Assembly (NCBI RefSeq): GCF_008364795.1 | Contig: NZ_VTTM01000004.1 | Span: forward strand, 12,770 to 36,769 | DNA length: 24,000 nt | DNA from: Azospirillum oryzae | GTDB taxonomy: Bacteria; Pseudomonadota; Alphaproteobacteria; Azospirillales; Azospirillaceae | Reading direction: 5' to 3' | Shown: positions 17,659 to 24,000 of the stretch, piece after piece | Layout: the number at the start of each line of letters is the position of its first letter | Position numbering within the stretch: the first letter of the stretch is position 1 | Translations under genes and position numbers: made by a program | The notes under the pieces: model-generated | What the model saw: the letters and a program-made list of their open reading frames with translations, nothing else | What the model was told of the DNA's origin: nothing | The model's database searches: none

Positions 17659-17681
17659 AGAATCGAGTGGGAAAATCCACC

Positions 17682-18572
17682 TCACGACATCGGATTGGCC
17701 GGCTTCGGCATCTCAGGCAGCGGGATGAACTCGCCATTGTCCAGGTCCGGCAGCTTCATCCGCCCGGCCCGCCAGTCGGCCTTGGCCTGTTCGATGCGCT
17801 CCTTCGATGAGGACACGAAGTTCCAGTCGATGAAGCGCTGCCCCAGCGGCTCGCCGCCGATCGCCATGACGATGGATTGCGTGGCGGCGGTCAGCTGCGC
17901 CGGCTGGCCGGGGGCGAAGACGATCATCCGCCCGGCCTCGACCCGCTGGCCCTCTGCCTCCACGCTTCCCGCCACCACATAGACCGCGCGCTCCCACCCG
18001 TCTTCCGGCAAGGACACGCGGGCGCCGGGCGCGAGATCCCAGTGGATGTAGAACAGCGGCGAATGGGTCTTCACCCCCGCCTTGGAGCCGAACGCCTCAC
18101 CCGCCACCAGCCGGCCGCGCACGCCGCCCTCCTCGAAGAACGGCAGGTCGCCGGTGCCGTAATGGCTGAAGGCCGGATCGCTCTCCTCATCCGCTTCGGG
18201 CAGGGCGACCCAGGCCTGGATTCCATGCATCCGCCCGCCTTCCAGACGAGCGCGCTCGAACCGTTCGGAATGGGTGATGCCGCGCCCGGCGGTCATCCAG
18301 TTCACCTCCCCCGGCCGGATCGCCTGTTCTGAGCCCACGCTGTCGCGGTGCATGATCTCGCCTTCGAACAAATAGGTGACGGTCGACAGCCCGATGTGCG
18401 GGTGGGGACGCACGTCGACGTCGCGCGGCAGCCCAGCCTCGAATTCGACCGGCCCCATATGGTCGAAGAAGACGAAGGGGCCGACCATCCGCCGCTGAAC
18501 GAAGGGCAGAATCCGTCCCACCTCGAATCCGCCGAGGCTCTTTCGGCGCTGCTCGATCACCATCTCCAGCAT
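17682..18572 (-). CDS. Pirin-family protein (bicupin)
   Basis: 296 aa with an ATG start (CAT 18570-18572). The N-terminal cupin metal site is RPHPHIGLSTVTYLFEGEIMHRDS (HxH...H...E). RGITHSE and FGSKAGVKTHSPLFY are typical pirin strings. Confidence 0.93.
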   Translation of the reverse strand: MLEMVIEQRRKSLGGFEVGRILPFVQRRMVGPFVFFDHMGPVEFEAGLPRDVDVRPHPHIGLSTVTYLFEGEIMHRDSVGSEQAIRPGEVNWMTAGRGITHSERFERARLEGGRMHGIQAWVALPEADEESDPAFSHYGTGDLPFFEEGGVRGRLVAGEAFGSKAGVKTHSPLFYIHWDLAPGARVSLPEDGWERAVYVVAGSVEAEGQRVEAGRMIVFAPGQPAQLTAATQSIVMAIGGEPLGQRFIDWNFVSSSKERIEQAKADWRAGRMKLPDLDNGEFIPLPEMPKPANPMS

Positions 18573-18607
18573 GGGGGCTCCTCCCGTCTGTTCAAATGTT
18601 TTGGGGG

Positions 18608-18934
18608 TCAGGCGTTCGGATCACGCGGCACGGTCTGGATCACCTCGAACCCTTCGAACTCCGGCGGCCCGACATAAAGCGGCTTGCGGGCGCCGGCATT
18701 GCCATGGGCGTTGCGGAAGGCCTCAGACCGCGTCCAGTCCTGGAAGGCGGCTTCCGAGTCCCAAACGGTGTGGGAGGAATAGAGCCGGTACTCCTCGCGG
18801 TCCGGTCCGCGCAGCATGTGGAATTCGACGAAGCCCGGCACCTTGTGCAGATGGACCTCGCGGTTCAGCCAGACCTCCTCGAACTCCTGCTCGGCCCCGT
18901 GGCGGACCTTGAAACGGTTCATCGCGATGAACAT
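18608..18934 (-). CDS. ABM-fold monooxygenase, IsdG-family heme-degrading-oxygenase-like
   Basis: Track ORF 18608..19039. I prefer ATG at 18934 (CAT 18932-18934), preceded by GGAAGGA. 108 aa: MFIAMNRF ... TVWDSEAAFQDWTRSEAFRNAH. Asn6, Trp67 and His77 coincide with the IsdG/IsdI catalytic triad positions (Asn7/6, Trp67/66, His77/76). A 35-nt gap containing GGGAGGAG separates it from the pirin ATG, so the two are an operon. Confidence 0.8.
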   Translation of the reverse strand: MFIAMNRFKVRHGAEQEFEEVWLNREVHLHKVPGFVEFHMLRGPDREEYRLYSSHTVWDSEAAFQDWTRSEAFRNAHGNAGARKPLYVGPPEFEGFEVIQTVPRDPNA

Positions 18935-19404
18935 GCGGTTTCCTTCCCGATTGGTCGACTGGCCCGACCCGGTCGAGGATAAGGGTCGAAGGCCCGACCG
19001 GCAATCGACCCGACGCCGCTCCCCCATATGCCCGTTCAAAACCAGGGCCGGGATAGTGGGCGACTGCCGAGCAAGCGACGATTATCGTTGTTTTCCATAT
19101 ACTTGCGGCGCGTTTTCTCTACCGCCGCCACAGACCTTCGACGGCTGGGGTAGAATGCACGCCCCCTCCCCTGCCCCGAAGGCCGCCAGCATGCACCACA
19201 CCCGCCAAGCCCCGACATCCCCAGCCGATCCCGACGGATGGAACATTGAACAGTCGCCGCGGAGATGTTTCACGGTGTTCCAAACCTACGGAACGCCGGG
19301 AGGCGTCGGACCATGGACTGCTGATACCGTTAAGCTCTAATATACGCAAAAGGGGTATAAGCACCGCGAACCGGGCGACCGACCAAGCGGCCAGGGGGGA
19401 CGAA

Positions 19405-22400
19405 ATGACTTCAGCAGGTCCAACGAAGACGGAGTCGTTGCAGGGTCGCACGAAACCGCCCGGTGCCATCGCGACGCTCGTCATCCTCTCCATTCCCTTC
19501 CTGCTGGTCCTTCAAGCCGCCCGTCTTCCCGGTTCGGTGGAGATCGCGCATTACCTGCCGCTGCACAGCTTCTTCGAAACCTTCGCCATCGCCGTCGCCG
19601 CCCTGATCTTCGCCATCGGCTGGCATTCCCACACCGCAGAGACTCCGCCGGCCCTGCTGGCCCTGTCCACCGGCTTCCTCGGCGTGGCGCTGCTCGATTT
19701 CGGCCATCTGCTGTCCTATGCCGGGATGCCCGATTTCGTGACGCCGTCGGGGCCGGAAAAGGCAATCGCCTTCTGGCTCGGCGCCCGGCTGATGGCGGCG
19801 GTTGCCCTGCTGTTGGCGGCAACCCTGCCCTGGCGTCCGGGATCGGCGGCGTTGCGCTATCCGCTGATCGGCGGGGTGCTGCTGGCGACCGCCGCGGCGT
19901 TCGTCGCCATATTGTGGTACCCGGACCTGCTGCCGCGCACCTATCTGCCGGGCCAAGGGCTGACGCCGCTGAAGGTGGCGGCTGAATATGCGCTGGTTCT
20001 TCTCTATGCCGGCGCCGCCCTGCTTTTTCACCGCCGCCGGCGCGAGGCGCAGACGTTGGACGTCCATCGCCTTGTCATCGCCGCCGTCGCCATCTCCATC
20101 AGCGAGATGTGCTTCACGCTCTATCTCAGTGTCTACGACCTCGCCAATGTGGCCGGGCACATCTACAAGGTCATCGGCTACTGGTATCTGTACCGGGCCG
20201 TGTTCGTCACCGCCGTGCACCATCCCTATGACGCCCTGCACAGGTCCCAGCGCGACCTGTGGCGGGAGAAGGAACAGGCCCGCGTTACGCTGCTGTCGAT
20301 CGGCGACGGACTGATTGCCACCGACACCGCCGGCCGTGTGTCCCTGATGAACCCGGTGGCGGAACGCCTGACCGGCTGGACGGTGGCGGAAGCCGTCGGC
20401 CGCCCGGTGGTCGAGGTGTTCGACATTGAGAATGCCGAGACCGGGCAACGGGTTCCGGTACCGGTCCAGCAGGTGCTGGAGAACGGCCACATGGTCGGCC
20501 TCGCCAACCACACGGTGCTGGTGGCGCGCGACGGCAGCCGCAGCCACATCGCCGACATGGCCTCTCCCATCCAGGACCGCGACGGCACGCTGCACGGCGT
20601 CGTCATGGTCTTCCAGGATGTGACCGAGACCTATGCCAGCCGCGAGGCGTTGAAGGACAGCCTGTCGCTGAACACCGGCATCCTGGAGAGCGCGGCCTGC
20701 GGCATCATCGCCACCACGCTGGACGGCGTCGTCCGCGTCTTCAACCGCGAGGCGGAGCGCATCTTCGGCTATCCGTCGGAGGAGATCGTCGGCACCACCG
20801 ACCTGCCGCGACTGTACGACCGGGATGAGCTGCGCGCCCATGCCGACGGTCTCGCCGCGGAACTCGGCCGGCCGGTGCGGGCGGGTTTCGATGCGCTGGT
20901 CGCCCGCACCCGCGACAGCGGCCAGCCCGAGCCCGGCGAATGGACCGGACTGCGCAGGGATGGCGCCCGCATTTCCGTTTCCACCCTGACCAGCATGCTG
21001 CGCGACAGCGGCGGCTCGGTACGCGGCTACCTGACGGTGGTGATGGACGTCACCGAGCGGAAGCGGACGGAACGGCAGATCGAAAATCTCGCTTTCTACG
21101 ACCCCTTGACCAATCTGCCGAACCGTCGCCTGCTGCTGGAACATCTCGACGGCCATCTGCGGACGGCGCGCCAGACCGGCCGCTATGGCGCGCTGATGTT
21201 CCTCGACCTCGACGACTTCAAGGGACTGAACGACGCCCGCGGCCATATCGTCGGCGACATGCTGCTGCGCGAACTGGCGGCGCGGCTGAACGCCACCCTG
21301 CGCAAGGGCGATCTGGTCAGCCGGCTGAGCGGCGACGAGTTCGTCATCCTTCTGCCCGACCTGGGTGAGGCGGCGGACGAGGCGGCGGAGATCGCCCGGC
21401 GGGTGGCCGAAAAGCTGCGGCTGGCGGTGGCCCAGCCCTTCCAGCTCGACCGCTGCGAACACAGCATCTTCGCCAGCATCGGCCTGACCGTCTTCCCCAA
21501 GTCACCGGACGAGTCGGTGGAGGACCTGCTGAAGCAGGCGGACACCGCCATGTATGCCGCCAAGGACGGCGGGCGGAACACCATCCGCGACTACGACCCC
21601 ACCATGCTGGTGGACGCCCAGGCCCGTCTGCTGCTGCAGCAGGATTTGCGCAAGGCGGTCGATGCCGGGGAGTTCACCCTGTTCCTGCAGCCGCAGACCC
21701 GGGCCAACGGCACGCTGGTCGCGGCGGAGGCGCTGATCCGCTGGCAGCATCCGCAACGCGGCTTCGTCGCCCCCGGCGCCTTCATCGCGGTGGCGGAGGA
21801 GTCCGGCCTGATCCTGCCGCTGGGCGACTGGATCCTGATGGAGGCCTGCCATGTGCTGCGCCGTCTGGCCGATGCCGGCAGCGACTGCCACCTGTCGGTC
21901 AACATCAGTCCGCGCCAGTTCCGTCAGCAGACCTTTTGCGCGGGCGTCATCGCCGCCTTGCGCGCCACCCGTACCGATCCGCGCCGCCTGACATTGGAAA
22001 TCACCGAGGGCATCGCCGTCGGCGACTGTGCCGACACCGTCGCCAAGATGTCGGAACTGGCGGCCTTCGGGATTTCCTTCTCGCTGGATGATTTCGGCAC
22101 CGGCTTCTCGTCGCTGTCCTATCTGAAGCGGCTGCCGGTGGGAGAGCTCAAGATCGACCGCTCCTTCGTGCAGGATGTCGACCGCAACAGCCACAATGCC
22201 GTGCTGGTGGAGACGATGCTGTCGATTTCCAGCCGGCTCGGCCTGAAGGCGGTGGCGGAGGGGGTGGAGACGGCAGCCGAACGGGACTTCCTGGAAGACC
22301 GCGGCTGCACGATCTTCCAGGGTTACTATTTCGATCGGCCGATGCCGGTCGAAGACTTCATCCGCAAATACGTGACAACACCGGAACTCGCAGGCAAAGA

Positions 22401-22419
22401 AGAGCCGGCCCATGCCTAA
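19405..22419 (+). CDS. Multidomain c-di-GMP signalling protein: polytopic N-terminal membrane sensor (MASE3-like), two PAS domains, a GGDEF domain (SGDEF variant) and an EAL domain
   Basis: Track ORF 19246..22419. I prefer ATG 19405, preceded by GGGGGGA. The first ~290 aa are hydrophobic helices with HSFFETFAIAVAALIFAIGWH and LLDFGHLLSYAGMP, which recalls MASE3. PAS strings are LLSIGDGLIATD...NPVAERLTGW and ILESAACGIIAT...NREAERIFGY. GGDEF: the RKGD I-site (21301-21312) lies exactly 5 residues before SGDEF (21328-21342). EAL (21727-21735) is followed by NISPRQF, LEITE, DDFGTGFSSLSYL, KIDRSF, AEGVET and QGYYF. Confidence 0.92.
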   Translation: MTSAGPTKTESLQGRTKPPGAIATLVILSIPFLLVLQAARLPGSVEIAHYLPLHSFFETFAIAVAALIFAIGWHSHTAETPPALLALSTGFLGVALLDFGHLLSYAGMPDFVTPSGPEKAIAFWLGARLMAAVALLLAATLPWRPGSAALRYPLIGGVLLATAAAFVAILWYPDLLPRTYLPGQGLTPLKVAAEYALVLLYAGAALLFHRRRREAQTLDVHRLVIAAVAISISEMCFTLYLSVYDLANVAGHIYKVIGYWYLYRAVFVTAVHHPYDALHRSQRDLWREKEQARVTLLSIGDGLIATDTAGRVSLMNPVAERLTGWTVAEAVGRPVVEVFDIENAETGQRVPVPVQQVLENGHMVGLANHTVLVARDGSRSHIADMASPIQDRDGTLHGVVMVFQDVTETYASREALKDSLSLNTGILESAACGIIATTLDGVVRVFNREAERIFGYPSEEIVGTTDLPRLYDRDELRAHADGLAAELGRPVRAGFDALVARTRDSGQPEPGEWTGLRRDGARISVSTLTSMLRDSGGSVRGYLTVVMDVTERKRTERQIENLAFYDPLTNLPNRRLLLEHLDGHLRTARQTGRYGALMFLDLDDFKGLNDARGHIVGDMLLRELAARLNATLRKGDLVSRLSGDEFVILLPDLGEAADEAAEIARRVAEKLRLAVAQPFQLDRCEHSIFASIGLTVFPKSPDESVEDLLKQADTAMYAAKDGGRNTIRDYDPTMLVDAQARLLLQQDLRKAVDAGEFTLFLQPQTRANGTLVAAEALIRWQHPQRGFVAPGAFIAVAEESGLILPLGDWILMEACHVLRRLADAGSDCHLSVNISPRQFRQQTFCAGVIAALRATRTDPRRLTLEITEGIAVGDCADTVAKMSELAAFGISFSLDDFGTGFSSLSYLKRLPVGELKIDRSFVQDVDRNSHNAVLVETMLSISSRLGLKAVAEGVETAAERDFLEDRGCTIFQGYYFDRPMPVEDFIRKYVTTPELAGKEEPAHA

Positions 22420-22443
22420 GGTCGGACCGGCTCTCGAACCCGA

Positions 22444-23553
22444 TTACTTCTGTGCAATCATCTTGGGCTGGCCGTTGCTCCAGACATACATGACATAGTT
22501 CGGCTTGACGATGTCACCCTTCTTGTCGAATTCGATCGGGCCGACGACGGTGTCGAAGCTGTTGGCATGCAGGGCCTTCGCCAGCTTGCCGCTGTCGGTG
22601 CCGCCGGACTTCTGCAGGCCCTGGGCGATGACCTGGACCGCGGCATAGCTATAGAAGGCGAAGTTGCCCGGTTCCGGCAGGCCGGCCTTCTTGAAGGAGG
22701 CGATCAGCTCCTGCGCCTTGGGATCGCTGGCCGCCGACGGGCTGTCGGTGTAGAGCGTGCCCTCGCCGGCCGGGCCGGTGATCGACCAGTATTCCTGGTT
22801 GTTCAGGCCATCGCCGGCGATGAACTGCGGCTTCAGTCCCTGTTCCTGCGCCTGACGAACGATCAGTCCCAGTTCCGGATGATAGCCGCCGTAATAGACG
22901 GCGTCGATGTTCTTGTCCTTCAGGCTGGTGATCAGCGCCGAGAAGTCCTTTTCGCCCGCCGTGACCGAACCACGATAGGCCACCTTTCCACCGGCCTTTT
23001 CCAACGTCTCCACCACGACGTCGGCCAGCCCCTTGCCATAGGCCTGCTTGTCGTCCAGCACGGCGATGTTCTTGCCCTTGAAGTTCTGGGCAAGATAGTT
23101 GCCGGCAACCACCCCCTGCTGGTCGTCACGGCCGCAGACGCGGAAAATGGTCGGATAGCCCTTGGCGGTCAGCAAGGGGTTGGTGGCGGTCGGGCTGACC
23201 ATCACCACGCTTTCCTCCTGATAGACGTCGGCCGCCGGAATGCTGGCGCCGGAGCAGAGATGGCCGACGACGGCCGTAACCTGATCGCGCACGAACTGGT
23301 TGGCGACGGCCACCGCCTGCCGCGGGTCGCAGGCGTCGTCGCCCACCTTCAGCACCAGCTTCTGGCCCAGCACGCCGCCCTTGGCGTTGATGTCCGCGAC
23401 CGCCTGCTTGGCGCCATACACCGACTGCTCACCCAGTGCTGCCACCGGACCCGTGGTCGCCGTGCCGAGTCCGATCACGATGTCGGCCTGCGCAGTGCCG
23501 AAGCCGGCCAGCAGCGCCGTCGCACTGACGAAGGAAAGGACGGTGAGACGCAT
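22444..23553 (-). CDS. livJ: Periplasmic branched-chain amino acid (Leu/Ile/Val) ABC-transporter substrate-binding protein
   Basis: Track ORF 22444..23610. I prefer ATG at 23553 (CAT 23551-23553), preceded by GGGAGA. The signal peptide is MRLTVLSFVSATALLAGFGTAQA. The mature protein parallels E. coli LivJ from memory (AVADINAKGG, DDACDP.QAVAVAN, GHLCS, TAGEKDFS, YYGGYHPE.G...RQA...GLK.QF). No permease or ATPase genes are adjacent. Confidence 0.9.
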   Translation of the reverse strand: MRLTVLSFVSATALLAGFGTAQADIVIGLGTATTGPVAALGEQSVYGAKQAVADINAKGGVLGQKLVLKVGDDACDPRQAVAVANQFVRDQVTAVVGHLCSGASIPAADVYQEESVVMVSPTATNPLLTAKGYPTIFRVCGRDDQQGVVAGNYLAQNFKGKNIAVLDDKQAYGKGLADVVVETLEKAGGKVAYRGSVTAGEKDFSALITSLKDKNIDAVYYGGYHPELGLIVRQAQEQGLKPQFIAGDGLNNQEYWSITGPAGEGTLYTDSPSAASDPKAQELIASFKKAGLPEPGNFAFYSYAAVQVIAQGLQKSGGTDSGKLAKALHANSFDTVVGPIEFDKKGDIVKPNYVMYVWSNGQPKMIAQK

Positions 23554-23749
23554 GGTTGGTTCTCCCAGGATTGCTGTTTTGTAGGGGACCCTGTCCGCCG
23601 GTCCCGGCATGTTTCCTTTTCTGACCGATACGACAGGAATTTGAAAGCGCGATCATGGGTTTCGCAGCGCTCCGAACGGAGCCGCGACCGTTCGTCGCCA
23701 TCCCGATTGTCCCACTATTTGGCACTATGCGGAATTATTTGACACATCT

Positions 23750-23763
23750 TGGCGCATGCGCCA
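23750..23763. promoter_or_regulatory. Perfect 14-bp palindrome TGGCGCATGCGCCA inside a putative promoter spacer (candidate IclR autoregulatory operator)
   Basis: A consensus -35 TTGACA sits at 23739-23744. A 17-nt spacer contains the palindrome. A weak -10 CAGCAT sits at 23762-23767. This is just upstream of the IclR-like ORF. Confidence 0.3.
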
Positions 23764-23778
23764 GCATCGGAGAAATCA

Positions 23779-24000
23779 ATGGTGGTCAAACAAACCATGA
23801 GCGCGGCGATGAAAGCGACGGAGCAGGAGGCTGACGCCGGAAAGACCCAGGGCACCGGGACGCAGACCCTGCTGCGCGGCCTTGCGCTGCTCGAATGCGT
23901 GGCGGCCGGTATCTGCGACGTGAAGGGCATCGCGACGCGGCTCGGCACCCCGCGCAGCACCACCAACCGCATGCTCGCCAGTCTGGTGGCGGAGGGGTAT
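23779..24000 (+). CDS. IclR-family transcriptional regulator, N-terminal part only (runs off the right edge)
   Basis: Absent from the ORF track because it has no stop in the window. The frame from ATG 23779 (alternatives ATG 23797 and 23809) reads MVVKQTMSAAMKATEQEADAGKTQGTGTQTLLRGLALLECVAAGICDVKGIATRLGTPRSTTNRMLASLVAEGY. This is the IclR HTH signature (L.RGL.LLE ... IA..LG.P.ST..R.L..L...GY). Confidence 0.75.
   Translation, partial: MVVKQTMSAAMKATEQEADAGKTQGTGTQTLLRGLALLECVAAGICDVKGIATRLGTPRSTTNRMLASLVAEGY

Noticed and set aside
17425-17982. Several 68-121-aa ORFs crossing the REP-like repeat region (17425..17685 -, 17522..17728 +, 17589..17810 +, 17617..17982 +, 17066..17737 -).
   Set aside because: These are translations of the palindromic repeat (SPGERVRVRG / PTLSPGGEGE) or shadow frames of pirin and sufA. 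They are not genes.
19266-19274. TGTTTCACG, a perfect left half of the canonical parS (TGTTTCACGTGAAACA), noted because an orphan ParB-like gene is in the window.
   Set aside because: The right half is GTGTTCCA, so there is no palindrome. A 9-mer match is expected by chance, and it lies 17 kb from the ParB-like gene.
23720-23736. TGGCAC at 23720-23725, resembling the -24 element of a sigma-54 promoter.
   Set aside because: The -12 position reads GGAAT rather than TTGC(A/T), and the orientation and spacing do not fit either flanking gene well.

Overview
Visibly high-GC sequence (about two-thirds G+C by eye, not computed). Gene content and repeat style fit an alphaproteobacterial chromosome; Rhodospirillales or Azospirillum-like is only a guess. 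I support 23 protein-coding genes and see no tRNA, rRNA, CRISPR array, transposase, integrase or prophage module. Left to right: a truncated Rrf2 regulator divergent from an MBL-fold hydrolase; an orphan ParB-like protein divergent from a two-gene SAM-methyltransferase operon (PmtA-like, then a TPR/TylF-like fusion); malate synthase G; an orphan coiled-coil, low-complexity protein divergent from a translationally coupled three-gene membrane operon (helical single-TM protein, Holin-X/DUF1469-type protein, DUF3618-type protein); a complete eight-gene SUF Fe-S assembly operon (Rrf2 regulator, sufBCDS, sufU, sufT, sufA); a nested pair of REP-like palindromic repeats; an IsdG-type heme-oxygenase-like gene co-transcribed with pirin; a large membrane-sensor/PAS/PAS/GGDEF/EAL protein; an orphan LivJ-like binding protein; and a truncated IclR regulator. 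Most of the window is ordinary core metabolism. No new system can be demonstrated from sequence alone. The two best candidates for uncharacterised biology are (i) the divergent four-gene block at 6514-10490, which has no enzymatic domains, is rich in disordered and TM segments, carries in-frame tandem repeats and has a possible EcfG-type stress promoter, and (ii) the ParA-less ParB-like protein facing a methyltransferase operon across an AT-rich spacer with a 25-27 bp direct repeat. All family assignments come from reading motifs by eye and from memory of family signatures. None has been verified by a search.
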